Positions 10,777 to 24,011 of a DNA stretch of 50,102 bases are shown here, piece by piece (within the stretch, counting starts at the first letter, position 1; the number at the start of each line of letters is the position of its first letter). This stretch comes from Octopus bimaculoides. Lineage: Eukaryota. A model generated the notes under the pieces. That model was not told the DNA's origin. It did no database searches and saw only the letters and a list, made by a program, of their open reading frames with translations. Location of the stretch: NCBI RefSeq assembly GCF_001194135.2, contig NC_068983.1:89742098-89792199 (forward strand), in the 5' to 3' direction. Position numbers and translations under genes: made by a program.

Positions 10777-13596
10777 CTGTCAAAAAGTGATGGATGGATT
10801 TCTCTTTGACCTATAACCTGAGCTGTGTCATTTAAGGTTCAAGTGGATAGAAAGCAACCTACATAAGTAGAAATTACTCCTGTGGTATGTCTGTCCTTCT
10901 AACTGTCATGACCATTATAAATACAGTGAGACAGCCATCAAGCAGCAATCCGTCAAGGGACTGCAGATAGCCATCACCAGGTGAACTCTCAAGAGACAAG
11001 CAGACAGCCAGCAAGTAACTTGCACCAATCAAGCAGCCAACATAGAACCACATATTCAGCATGAATGACCCAACACAGTAGCACTTGCAGAACATAAACA
11101 GACACCACCAAATGACCAATGCACACACAGACACAAAACATGCTTGGTTCTACTCATCATATTGACAGAGTATTTCCCCAGTTTATTTTCTTTTTTGCCA
11201 ACTCAAAGCAAGTTGGTAATGTCATGTAGTGAATTTTCTGGTGTATACAACACATAAATGCAAGTTTCGATTAAATAGATTATTTAAGCCACAATCTGAT
11301 GCTTTCCCATTGTTTTACTTTGATGTTATCCACATGCCTATTTCATATGCTACCTCAATGACACCTTTTGCTACACCATCCTGCTACAAATATTAAAAGT
11401 ATTAATAATGGTGAACTTTTACATCATTTTCATCATATGAGTGTCCAGTTGTTCAATTAACAGAACAAGTTTCTCATTAAATTAGTGAGAAAAATAGTTG
11501 ATCCAAGATACCAAACAGTGAGATCAAACCTGGGAATTCATGGCTGCAAAACAAACTTCTCAGCTACACAGCCATGCCTGCATTCAGAGTATTAATAGTG
11601 CAATAACAATATTCATGATCTGGTATATGCAACTGAAGCAGTATTTAATTAAAATAGACATCTATATAGTAAAATTGATGTATGCACATTGTCAATAGAC
11701 TAGTTACTGCAGTATCAGTATCAGAGAAAGATGAAAATTCATCCTATTAGTGACCATTGAGAGTGCCAGATGCATTTTGGCCTTTTATGAGCCTTTTCAT
11801 TAGTGTGTACTTGTAACCAGCCATATACATATGTTCAGNNNNNNNNNNNNNNNNNNNNNNNNNNNNNNNNNNNNNNNNNNNNNNNNNNNNNNNNNNNNNN
11901 NNNNNNNNNNNNNNNNNNNNNNNNNNNNNNNNNNNNNNATATATATAAACACACACACATAAGTGTACACATAGAAACACATATACCAAGTAAACATTTC
12001 TTCACACTTCATTCCTTCTCATTTCAAGCTCTCTCCAAATTTGTTCTGCTTTCCCATCACCACCAATACCACCACTACTACCACTACTTCTGCCCTGGAC
12101 TGTTGTCCCCCTTTACTTATTTTTATTAAGTGTAAGATAGCTGCAATGTTCAGCTCTGGTTTCAACTCAATCAACTTTTATCTCCTTATTTTCTCATTAC
12201 CCACTGACAAGAAACCACCACCACTAATGTCTCCTACAAACCTCAGATAACCTCTTACTTCCTATATACTTAGTACTATATTTAAAGAGTACAGTGTCTG
12301 ATAAAAACATATTTGTCATAGGCTATTTATTGATATTAGGTTAAGTGCCAACCCCACAAGTTTTTAAATATAAAAACATGTAAAACATCAAAATTCAAGA
12401 TGGTTGACAGCTAAGTAAAATAGCACTTATCTTCAACCATGTGAATCATAAAGATCAAATAAGTTAAAGATACATTCAATCAGAGGCCATTTAAGAAAAT
12501 AATTTTGGTGTTACATTTTGTTCTATTAAATTAAATTTTTGATTTGTATGATACTGAAGGTTTGTTTTTTTTGTTTTTTAAACCTCCAAGCTAAAAATAC
12601 TTGTCATCCTTGTGCTGTTTATTTCTACTCCATTAGTGATTTGGCCAATTCAAATGACTCTCAGGAATCAAGTGGATTAATGTTACATTTGAAGAAACAC
12701 ACTACTCAAAATTTTGTGAGCTTGTGAGATTCAAATCCCCTCTAAATATAAAGATTCACTAGAAATGGTCTGACCCACACAGTTAGTCTATGTGGTTTTA
12801 TGAGGTGCTTTGCACACAGAAATATATTTTGAGAGAGATATTGATGGTCCTAGAAGGACAATAGCTTTTCTCGGGTACAAAGATTTCATCCTCTGGCACA
12901 GCCGATTTTATATATGCAGTTTCTTAACCTTGCATAATTTTCTGCAGGAGGCTTTCATGCTAAGAGAAGGTTCCAAAAATTTTGTGAAAAGTTCAGGTGG
13001 TGTTTTGGGACTCACAGAAGGCTCTATGACATTTCAAAAATGAATGTTCTTGAAACCAGAAATGGTGAGATAACAGAAATTTGAAGAAGAGGAATACCTT
13101 TCTAGAGATGATGAAGAAGCAACCTTTATGAGCAATCCTTGAGATCTAGTAACTCTTATAGTGACAGGCAAAACAGTCAAAACAGCACAGAAGTGCTGTA
13201 CCAAGTTGCAGTGTACTGGTCAAAGGTACTGGTAGTAGGAATGTTTGTAGTAACCATCATGGCATCGATATTCACAACAGATATAGTAGCAATGGAGAGG
13301 ACACCAGCTACAAAATATCAAGATATAGCAGTGCTGAACTGCAGCCACATCAATGAATGCAAGAGATAGCTATGACATCATCAATTCATACCCAGCTTGT
13401 ACTGGCAACCCAAATACTGACATACCAACTAACAGAGCTGTGGCCAAGCTCATGCAAGAACTATCATGAGCTCACCAGACAGCCTTTTACCAACAACTCA
13501 GATACCCAACCTTTTTCTAACCATCAGTTTTTAACAATAGTGTCAAACTTTCCTACCAGTATGTATGCTTTCTTCTTCACACTATACAGAGTTACT

Positions 13597-14168
13597 ATAT
13601 GCAGAAACACACACATATGTTTGTGGCCATGCTACATGGCAGTGAAACATGGACCGTGACTGCTGAGGACATGCGCAAGCTCGAAAGGAATGAGGCCAGT
13701 ATGCTCTGATGGATGTGTAATGTCAGTGTGCATACTCGACAAAGTATAAGTACCTTGAGAGAAAAGAACCTAAGAAGCATCAGTTGTGGTGTGCAAGAGA
13801 GACGATTGCGCTGGTATAGTCACGTGGTGAGAATGGATGAGGATAGCTGTGTGAAAAGGTGCCACACCATAGCGGTTGAGGGAACCTGTGGAAGAGGCAG
13901 GCCCAGGAAGATCTGGGATGAGGTGGTGAAGCATGACCTCCGAACATTAGGCCTCACCGAGGCAATGACTAGTGACCGAGATCTTTGGAAATATGCTGTG
14001 CGTGAGAAGACCCGGCAAACCAAGTGAGACCAAAATCCAAGGCCTCTGCGAGGGATGTAGCCAGCCCATTTATGCGTACCTTTCCTCCATTGGACACTAA
14101 ACTCTGCTTGCGAAGACCTGTTGAGGCAAGTGAAATCGAAATCGAACTAAATTCGATGACTGGCCCCC
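13597..14168 (+). mobile_element. 5'-truncated RTE LINE copy (ORF C-terminus plus start of 3' UTR)
   Basis: AMLHGSETWTVTAEDMRKLERNEASML.., RRLRWYSHVVRMDEDSCVKRC...GRGRPRKIW. Aligns with 24570-25110. Runs into a gap. Confidence 0.92.
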
Positions 14169-15093
14169 NNNNNNNNNNNNNNNNNNNNNNNNNNNNNNNN
14201 NNNNNNNNNNNNNNNNNNNNNNNNNNNNNNNNNNNNNNNNNNNNNNNNNNNNNNNNNNNNNNNNNNNNNNNNNNNNNNNNNNNNNNNNNNNNNNNNNNNN
14301 NNNNNNNNNNNNNNNNNNNNNNNNNNNNNNNNNNNNNNNNNNNNNNNNNNNNNNNNNNNNNNNNNNNNNNNNNNNNNNNNNNNNNNNNNNNNNNNNNNNN
14401 NNNNNNNNNNNNNNNNNNNNNNNNNNNNNNNNNNNNNNNNNNNNNNNNNNNNNNNNNNNNNNNNNNNNNNNNNNNNNNNNNNNNNNNNNNNNNNNNNNNN
14501 NNNNNNNNNNNNNNNNNNNNNNNNNNNNNNNNNNNNNNNNNNNNNNNNNNNNNNNNNNNNNNNNNNNNNNNNNNNNNNNNNNNNNNNNNNNNNNNNNNNN
14601 NNNNNNNNNNNNNNNNNNNNNNNNNNNNNNNNNNNNNNNNNNNNNNNNNNNNNNNNNNNNNNNNNNNNNNNNNNNNNNNNNNNNNNNNNNNNNNNNNNNN
14701 NNNNNNNNNNNNNNNNNNNNNNNNNNNNNNNNNNNNNNNNNNNNNNNNNNNNNNNNNNNNNTATATATATAAAGATGAGAATGTGTGTCTGTGAGTCTGT
14801 CTGTGTGAATCCCTAAAACTTGAGAACTACACAACCAATTTCATTCAAATTTTACACATGCCTTACTGAGGGTCCAGGTAGTGTTTTAGGCCAAAAACCT
14901 TTTGAACTTCTTGCCTGGTGCGAGCCTAGTGCAATATCATATCTCCTCCACTATTGCAGTATTACATGTCAAAAGTGAAACAATGTCATCCCTCTATTTT
15001 AATGTCAGACAGTTTCACTTTAATACTGAAACTATTAAAGTGAAACTATTATCTCATATATATATATATATATATACAAGCATACATACATAA

Positions 15094-15881
15094 ATGCGAT
15101 TGACAAACTTTTATTCCCTACAAACTGTGAGTTTTTTTTTAATCTTTCTTCACACATTTACTTACTACCATATATATATACAGAGAATACACATCCATAC
15201 ATACATATGTACAAATACACCGATACATACAAACAAATACCTGTCTATCTTTTTCAAATACGATTCACTCTTTCTTAAAACACATTTACTTTTCCCTACA
15301 AACTGAGGTTTTGCAATACAAACTGTGAGTTTTTGGAAAATCTTTTTTCACACATTTACTTACTACCATATATATACACACAGAATACACACTCATACAT
15401 ATGTACAAATACACACTCATACATATGTACAAATACACACATACATACAAATAAACGCATACATACAAATACCTGTCAGTCTTTTCCTAAAAAAGATTTT
15501 CAAGAAATTCACAGTTTGTAGGGAAGAAATGCTTGACTGTCGATATATATATACACAGAATACACACTAATACATACATACATACATGCATGCATACATA
15601 TAAATACACACATAAATGCGATCGACAAACTTTTATTCCCTACAAACTGTGAGTTTTTGGAAAATCTTTTTTCACACATTCACTTACTACCATATATATA
15701 TACACACAAAATATACATACATACATACGTACAAATACACACATTCATACAAATAAACATATACATACAAACACCTGTCAATCTTTTCCAAATACGATCG
15801 ACAGTCAAACATTTATTCCCTACAAACTGAGTTTCTTGAAAATCTTTTTTAAGACACATTTACTTACTAACACACACACAT

Positions 15882-15914
<33 letters not shown>

Positions 15915-15975
15915 CAGAATACACATTAATACATACATACAAATACACACATACATACTAATACCTGTCAGTTTA
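15094..15975. repeat. Imperfect tandem array inside the Helitron 5' region
   Basis: Anchor ATTCCCTACAAACTG(T)GAGTTT recurs near 15112, 15291 (TTTCCC variant), 15634 and 15815, with partial copies near 15320 and 15500. The copies are separated by CA/TA-rich spacers. Confidence 0.85.
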
Positions 15976-16076
15976 TTTATTTATTTGCCGTTTCTTATCA
16001 TCTTTTCCCCCTTCAATGTTACGCATACTTTCCAAGACAATATCTCTGTACTTTCACCCTTTCTTTTGGACATTCA

Positions 16077-17881
16077 ATGCCACCGAAAAAGAGAAGTCGC
16101 CATACCGCATCAGCACTGGCGCTAAAGGCGATTAGAGTAAACGAGTCCGCCGACCAAACTGCTTTTACACTTTCACAGAGCGCCTTATGTGCAGTGCAAT
16201 TTTTCCATTATCATTTGCAAATGCGCCTTCTGCTACCACTGCGAGACCTTCACACGACCAACACCAGCTACGTTCTATGTTGCAGTGGAACAGTCGATGG
16301 TGAGAAGCTGCCAACGGTGTAATGAGTACCAACAGCCATTACTGGCACCTACGGGCTTTCAAGTATGAGCCAAACTTTAATTACTCCATCCGCGCTGACA
16401 TAAATATAGGGGAAATGTGCTTCAATTGCCAATTCTGCAATGCTAAAAAGTGGGCTGGGGAGACACCTGGAATGTGCTGCTTAAACGGTAAGGTCAGCTT
16501 GCCCCCTCTTCCAGAACCACCAAAGCCTTTGAAGGAACTACTTACTGCTTCTACCACAAGGTCATCAAAATTCTTTCAAATCATCAGAAATTACAATTGT
16601 GCACTTCAGATGACTTCTTTCGGGGCTAACGTTGTCACAGACAGTGGTTGAATGTCTACTTTCAAGGTCCAGGGACAGGTGTACCATCTTATTGGATCGC
16701 TCCAGCCACTACAAAATTGCAAGCCTTCGTTCCTCCAAATTTACTTAATTTCCAACTACAGTAGGCAACTTGATGTGCAGTTCGGCGTTATTCCACCACC
16801 TGCAAACATTGACGCTGATACTTTTGACAGGGACATTCTACTCAGTCTGCAAAACATGCCTTGTGAGCACAACAGCTATATTCGCAGTTTCAAATACGCC
16901 TTGCAAACAGCCCCTTCACCAAACCTCACCATTGTCATCGATGCTGACAAAAGGCCTTCTGGGGAGCACGCACGCCGTTATAACGCTCCTTCGTGCAATG
17001 AAGTGGCTGTACTTCTCCATGGTGAACAGCACAATAAGCAAGACATACTTATTCATAGCCGTGACAGTCGTCTTCAACTAGAGCTGATACAGTACGTGCA
17101 TGTCTTAAGTCATCTACATTGTGGCCCCTGGTGAACACTCTCAAACTTAACACTAACATGTGTACTCATATGCGAGGTGGCATAGCATCAGCAGAATTTT
17201 CTAACACCCTCTTTGCACTTGGCGAAGGCAAAACTCCCTGCAACGAAAAGGGTAATGTTACCATCGATTCACTCTGTACCATTGTTAATACACCTGATCT
17301 CATGGATGCAGTGTTCCCAGATCTCCAAGTANNNNNNNNNNNNNNNNNNNNNNNNNNNNNNNNNNNNNNNNNNNNNNNNNNNNNNNNNNNNNNNNNNNNN
17401 NNNNNNNNNNNNNNNNNNNNNNNNNNNNNNNNNNNNNNNNNNNNNNNNNNNNNNNNNNNNNNNNNNNNNNNNNNNNNNNNNNNNNTATAATGCTCATTCA
17501 AAATTTGGTTCCGCCAAAACAATGCAATGGGACACGTTTGATCGTTAAGTCCTTATCTCCCGATCTAATTGAGGCCACAATAATCACAAGGTGCGGTCGA
17601 GGCAACGTTTTGCTCATACCGAGGATGCATCTTTTCCCATCAGGAGCAGACCTACTTTTCATATTTCAGAGGTCCAGTTTCCAGTCAGGCCATGCTTCAC
17701 AATGTCAATTAACAAAGCACAAGAGCAAACGCTGTCTGTCGCGGGAATACATTTGGGGGAGCCGTGTTTCTCTCATGGTCAGCTTTACGTTGGCTGCTCA
17801 CGTGTGGACAGCAAGAGTGATGCTTTCGCGTTCGTTCCACAAGGAAAAACTAAAAAGACTGTGTACAAGGAGGTTTTATAG
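16077..17881 (+). pseudogene. Helitron RepHel remnant (pre-Rep region fused to Pif1-like helicase C-terminus)
   Basis: CQFCNAKKWAGETPGMCCLNGKVSLPPL, IRNYNCALQMTSFGA, FKVQGQVYHLIGSL, RRYNAPSCNEVA. The sequence then jumps at about 17080 to helicase motifs CNGTRLIVKSL, QFPVRPCFTMSINKAQEQTL, FSHGQLYVGCSRV. Confidence 0.93.
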
Positions 17882-19164
17882 GATTACTTCGCTTCCTAAT
17901 TTTATAATTTTTTCTAATTTTAAAAAAATTTTTGCCTATTTGTTAGTAATTTCTAAGTAGGTGTAGGTTAATATTCATTGAAGTGCACTTGACACTCCCA
18001 ACCATCAGCTGTAAAAAGGCTGATTCTCGCGGTGTTACAAAGCTTCATTACAAATCAGACCCTGCTCAAAAATCAGCTGTTCTTCCTTACCAACCCCCAT
18101 TTGGCGGGCATCAGAGGACCATGGACACATTACTATTTCACTTCTGTACGACTTTCAAACGGTCAACAATGCTTTCATGACAACATTTACATTTTTAGGC
18201 GGTTCCCTGCAATTACTTCACACTTGACCAACATCTGGCCTCCACTCAGCTCTATTTGCCTCCCTTCGTCAGCACAGCAGCCTCATCTTCTACATCCAAC
18301 GTATGTGAAACATCTCCCCTCTTCCATTTCCTCTCTCAACATTACAGTTTACATCAACAGCGACAGGATCGCAACATACAATTTGAAAACCAAGCAACAT
18401 TTTTTATACAACAACAAATGTAATCATAATGATGATCAATGAAACAAATGGATTAAAATAATTACATGAAGTAACTATCACTTACACACCATTACAATTT
18501 ACATCAAATAACAAGACTTCAAAAGTCGATAAAACTAAATACATACATCCTCTCTCTCACCATTATATTTTACACCATCACATCTTACATCAAATACAAA
18601 ATATTTAAAAGTGACAGGTCATTTTACACAACATCTCCATGACAGAGGTGTTGTGATTCATCTAGTCAGCACCACTACACTCTTGCCGGTCTGACATATG
18701 GTGAGTAGATGCTATTATTGTATATTTTCAAACTTACCCATATTTACTTACCCATGATTAATCCCCCTCTTTCCTCCATAGGGCATCTGTTCTGTTTTCA
18801 CAGAGTATGAAGTTTTGTAACAGCACGTTCACTGCTGTTGGTGGAAAAGGAACATGCCGTATTCACCTGCGAACGTTTTACACACCCTTCCAGGACTACC
18901 TACCAAATTGTTACAATTGTGAGAACAATAACACAGCCTTTTCAGGGCCACTTCACATTTTATTGTTACCCTTTCTTAGAGTGTTGCAATGCTCTTTGCA
19001 GGGCTTTCTATCCAGTTGCAAATCCATTGGTTGGGCGTTAACTTATATCAATCTTTGCCTCAATAATCATAATTGAATAGAATCATTAATAGTACTTTAA
19101 AGCAATTCAGCCCCGAGCAATGCCGGGCACTTCTGCTAGTATATTATAAACCCGGTGTGTACGG

Positions 19165-19460
19165 GATGGCACCAGTGGTTTCATGACTTAGTGATTAGGA
19201 GAATTCAGCTCACAATAATAAAGTCATGATTTTGATTCTCAGAGGTGTGTTGAGTCCTTGAGTAAGACCCTTTATTCCATATTGCTCCAGCCCACTTATC
19301 TGGAAAAACTGAGTAGTACCTGTATTTCGAAGGGCCAGCCTTGTCACACCCTGCATCGTGTTTGCAGAGCGCTCAGCCACTTGCATGTTAATTTCATGAG
19401 CAGGCTGTTCTGTTGATCAGATCAACTAGAACTCTCGTCGTTGAAACTGATAGAGTGTCA
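19165..19460 (+). mobile_element. Diverged tRNA-head SINE (3' part shared with 33247-33710)
   Basis: 3' part CAGCCACTTGCATGTTAATTTCATGAGCAGGCTGTTCTGTTGATCAGATCAAC matches the reverse complement of 33290-33340. Confidence 0.7.
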
Positions 19461-19483
19461 TTATCAACCACATATATTTAATA

Positions 19484-19920
19484 CTAGCAGTATAGCCCGG
19501 CTTTGCCCGGGATTAAGTTGGGATTATTAAGCTAATCAAGTTCTTTATTTCAAACCAAACTAAGTAACATGACGTCATATTTTGGGCAGAATCAGTGTTG
19601 CAACTGGAGCGCATGGGTTGAGAGTTTGATCGGCAGAGGTGATCAGGTTACACATGCCATCCCTTTGAAAACACCACCGCCATCATCTAACCCCTCTTTG
19701 CTCATGGGTTAGGAACCCGGAGAACATTATTTTTCTTTGTGGTTGGGTCGTTGATGACCTCTTTCTAGCATATTGGATATCCACCCCTTATACACGTGTA
19801 ATCCCTTACACGTGTAATCCCTTACACGTGTAATACAATTTTTTCTGAATTTTCAGATTTGTTATATGCTAGGCCACTTGGTTTTAAATTGAATTAATAT
19901 TCAATTTATCATCCTATCTA

Positions 19921-19960
<40 letters not shown>

Positions 19961-20289
19961 CAACACACACATACACACACGCACGTATGTACACCAATTG
20001 CATACATATTTTTTGTACACATACATGTTCGTATGTGTGTGTGTGTGTTGCCTGTATATCAACAAAACACACACACCTTGCCTTACATATATATACGGAT
20101 AAATGATTTGAAATAAATATATTTTGGAAATGNNNNNNNNNNNNNNNNNNNNNNNNNNNNNNNNNNNNNNNNNNNNNNNNNNNNNNNNNNNNNNNNNNNN
20201 NNNNNNNNNNNNNNNNNNNNNNNNNNNNNNNNNNNNNNNNNNNNNNNNNNNNNNGTGTTTTGTGTGTAATGTTGCTGTGTGTGTGTGTG

Positions 20290-20320
<31 letters not shown>

Positions 20321-20757
20321 TAACTGGCATGTGTATGTAAGGGAGGGAGAGATAGAGAGAGGGAGAGAGAAAGAGAGAGGGAGAGAGAGAGAGGGTATTT
20401 TTTTCTGTTTGATTGCTGCTTACCACACAGACGCTGGCAAAGAAATGTATGTCTCCTTCACCCTCCCTCTCACAAACATACAATTTCTCTTGCTCTCTCT
20501 CTCTCTACTTCAGCGCTTACGCACAGATATGACTTCGCCATGTCAACAAACTTCAAAATTGGTAAAAGTTTATCGATTTTTACAGGTATACGCGGGTACC
20601 TCTGAGAGAGAAAGTTCACTAAAATGCACATAGGGTCATTCCGAATCTTCTCCTAAAATTGGAGCGACATGCGTGCTAATTTGTGGATGTGCATAAACCA
20701 CATTCACATACACACACACACAAACATCTTCTGTTTTATAGATATTGATTTTATAGA
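19484..20757 (-). mobile_element. Non-autonomous Helitron
   Basis: Minus-strand 3' end CCCGGGCAAAGCCGGG-CTATACTG-CTAG|T. Minus-strand 5' end A|TCTATAAAATCAATATCTATAAAACAGAAGATG. The interior is microsatellite-rich with no ORF. Confidence 0.75.
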
Positions 20758-20816
20758 TATTGATATGTGGTTGATAATGTTTATTACACTAGCACTGATT
20801 CTATTTCATATTTGAA

Positions 20817-20958
<142 letters not shown>

Positions 20959-20974
20959 AATGAAAAAAATGTAA

Positions 20975-21840
20975 CGTAAATAAACCAACAACATATTGTA
21001 TACTGAGAGTATAACCGGACAGGAGACAGACACAGAAGGTCCCTAATTCTTCATCAGTTATCAATCAAATGGTAATACTCAGTTTTACACCATTAATGAT
21101 AAGACTGAGAACTTCTCATGCTGGCGGTGTCCACAAAAGTTGCGGAGAATATAGGGCTGAGAGCAAACAAAACAAAACAATAGACAGTGGACAAACGAAA
21201 GTGAATAAATGTGACTTAAGATGATGGACAAAGACAAAATAAATAAGAAATAAGCAAAATATAGCCTCAGGGCCAAAAGGACAAGAATGGTGAGTAATGC
21301 TTAGAAGACATCCTAAAGGATCGACAACAGTGAGACACAGAGAATTTGTGACCAGTCAGCTACACAACCAATGTGTAAAAGGGAAGGAAAGAAAGAAAAT
21401 TTAGTCATGGATCATGTGACAGCAGCAGACAGAGGAGAAAGAGGGCAAGAGAGAGGGAGAGAGAGAAAACAGGGGAAGGGATCAAGGGGAGAAAGAGGAG
21501 AAAAGAGAAAGGCTAGGAATACAAGTGGGCAAGAGAAAAAAGAGAAAGAGGAAAGGCTAGAAATAGAAGTAAGAGGGCAAGAGAGGGAAAAGGAGAAAGA
21601 GTGAAGGCAAGAATTAGAGTTGCACAGATATATAAAAAACTTACTATTAATACAAGTCAGGGTGCATTGCATTCTGTTACTTAATAAATGAACAAATGAA
21701 AATAAGTAGAGTAAATTAACAAATGACATAACATATACTGAGTGTACAACCAGACAAGAGACAGACAGAAAGTCCCTGATTCTTCATCAGTTATCAACCA
21801 AATGATAATACTCAGTTTTGCACCATTAAAGATAAGCTTG
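20975..21840 (-). repeat. Pair of ~130-bp diverged direct repeats flanking a purine-rich spacer (possible old PLE/retrozyme-like unit)
   Basis: 20975-21110 and 21710-21840 share ATACTGAG.GTA.AACC.GACA.GAGACAGACA...GTCCCT.ATTCTTCATCAGTTATCAA.CAAATG.TAATACTCAGTTTT.CACCATTAA.GATAAG. Confidence 0.6.
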
Positions 21841-21842
21841 TA

Positions 21843-21985
21843 TGGCTATGTGATAAGAAGCTTACTTCCCAACCACATGGCTTTGGTTCAGTTCCAATGC
21901 ATGGCATCTTGGACCAGAGTCTTCTACTATAGCCTCAGGCCAACCAAAATCATGTGAGACAGAAACTGAAAGAAGCCTGTCATAC
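21843..21985 (+). mobile_element. tRNA-head SINE 5' fragment
   Basis: GGCTATGTGATAAGAAGCTTACTTCCCAACCACATGG...CTACTATAGCCTCAGGCCAACCAAA...GAAACTGAAAGAAGCCTGTC is a diverged reverse complement of 28780-28930. Confidence 0.75.
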
Positions 21986-22608
21986 ACACACACACACACA
22001 TGTACAGCACAGTGTGATTCAGAAAGAATGAAATAAATTTAGAGACTAGATACTCTAAGCTGTGAGAAGAAATTATTATAAACACATTCCTTCTATGTTT
22101 TCAATGAATGAAAACAGAGGGGGAAAGACTCTAGATGGGCCATTTCACAGTTTATTAACTGTTTCTCAGAAGCAATGTACCCAGTTTCATTCCCCAATCA
22201 ATACCACAGAATATCCAGTTGATTACATAAAGCAGTCAAGTATTAAACTATTGTGAAAGTGAACAGGTTGATTTGCATGTCAGTGCTTTTGAGAGCTTGT
22301 CATTAATTAAACATTTATATACTTCATGCACAATGCAGAACGATTGAAATGAATTTTAAAAACTGTAAGAATGGAATTACTTTTTGTCTGCTTTCAATAA
22401 GCAGAAAAAAGATTGGGAGAGACTCCTGATGAACTGTTTTCTAATTTGTTGACTGCTCCTCAGAAATTAAGTCATTACCATAGTGAACAGCTTAATATGC
22501 TTATTCATCATTTTGACTGCTCGTCATTTATTAATATATTATAGCTTAAAAGGTATTAACAGTAATAGCTTAATTTTTTACTGCTTTAAATAGCAGCTAA
22601 ATATTGTA

Positions 22609-23491
22609 CAAGGGAGTACCCAAAAGTAACCGGAAATGTTCTCTGTGAGACAAACCCATTGTAGTTCAGGCTTCCACTGCTAGAAGCCACTTGATGAAAC
22701 CCTCAGGCATCAGTCTGCTGACTGACATTGTCCAGTGAGTGAAGTCATGCTGTCATGTGGTGCATCTTTGTTTTGCAGTGCTGCTCCTCTGTTTGTTGAG
22801 TTTTGTAGTGGCTAAAATGAAAGAACAGTGAGCTTCCATAAAATTCTGTTTTCTGCTGCAGAAAACTGACTGAAACAGTTCTCATGCTTCAAACAGCTTT
22901 CAAGGACACTGCCATGACCAAAACACAAGTTTATAAGTGGTTTCCATGCTTTTGGAATGGTCATTTGTCACTTGAAGACCAACCTTGTTTAGGATGACTG
23001 TCAACCTCTCAAACAAATGGAAACATCATGAAAATTTGTGAACTAATCTTGGAGGACTGTCACTGAATAATTGACAAACTTGTTGATATGGCTGGTGCAT
23101 CTTGGAGCTCTTGCCAACGAATTTTGAGCAAGGAATTGCAAATGAAAAGAGTTGCAGCAAAATTTGTGCCTCACTTGCTCACAGAAGGTCAAAAGTAGTC
23201 ATGATTGAATGCATGTTGTGAACTGAAAGAAGTTGATCCAGACTTTTTCAAAGGTCATCACTGATGCTACAGAATTTGCAGATGTAGAAGAGATGAAGAA
23301 AAAACAACGGAGGCATTAAAAGGCATCATTTTGCAAGAATTACAGTACTGCTTTGAATAGTGGAAAACACACCTGGACCAATGCACTGCTTCAAATGGAG
23401 AATACTTTGAAGGTGATAAAAGTATAAACATGTAAAACTAAGTGAATGAAATAATATTGCAAAATTACGGTTTCTTTTGGGTACCCCCTCG
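22609..23491 (+). mobile_element. Internally deleted mariner (883 bp)
   Basis: TA|CAAGGGAGTACCCAAAAGTAACCG ... CGGTTTCTTTTGGGTACCCCCTCG|TA. Remnants TKTQVYKWF, AAKFVPHLLTEGQK, then a jump from KVIT to FADVEEMKKK...GEYFEGDK; the catalytic DDD core is absent. Confidence 0.9.
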
Positions 23492-24011
23492 TATACTATT
23501 GATTGAAGGAGGCAATCAGGTATGACTCTTATGAAGTGGTTAACAAACTGTGACAGTTCACCAGGAGTTTTCCCACCATCCTTTTTCTGCACACTGAAAG
23601 CATTGAAGGAATGCAGATACAAATATATAATTTAGTCTCATGGCTGAACCTTTCAAACATATATATATATATTTGCATGACTTTTCAAAGTCTATGCACA
23701 CTGTTTTAAAGCCCACCAAAAATAAATTACACCAGATGAGTTTCTCAACAGNNNNNNNNNNNNNNNNNNNNNNNNNNNNNNNNNNNNNNNNNNNNNNNNN
23801 NNNNNNNNNNNNNNNNNNNNNNNNNNNNNNNNNNNNNNNNNNNNNNNNNNNNNNNNNNNNNNNNNNNNNNNNNNNNNNNNNNNNNNNNNNNNNNNNNNNN
23901 NNNNNNNNNNNNNNNNNNNNNNNNNNNNNNNNNNNNNNNNNNNNNNNNNNNNNNNNNNNNNNNNNNNNNNNNNNNNNNNNNNNNNNNNNNNNNNNNNNNN
24001 NNNNNNNNNNN

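Larger units (their letters stand above)
14762..19139 (+). mobile_element. Internally deleted Helitron
   Basis: RepHel remnants at 16077-17881. 3' hairpin CCCG-AGCAATGC-CGGG (19112-19127) then CTAG|T at 19136-19140. A Helitron-like 5' motif (TATATATAAAGATGAGAATGTGTGTCTG) emerges from the gap; the exact 5' TC is hidden by Ns. Confidence 0.8.

Noticed and set aside
12980-13200. Possible N-terminus of an old transposase (acidic EEEYLSRDDEE stretch)
   Set aside because: It is short and broken by stops, with no diagnostic motif or TIR found.
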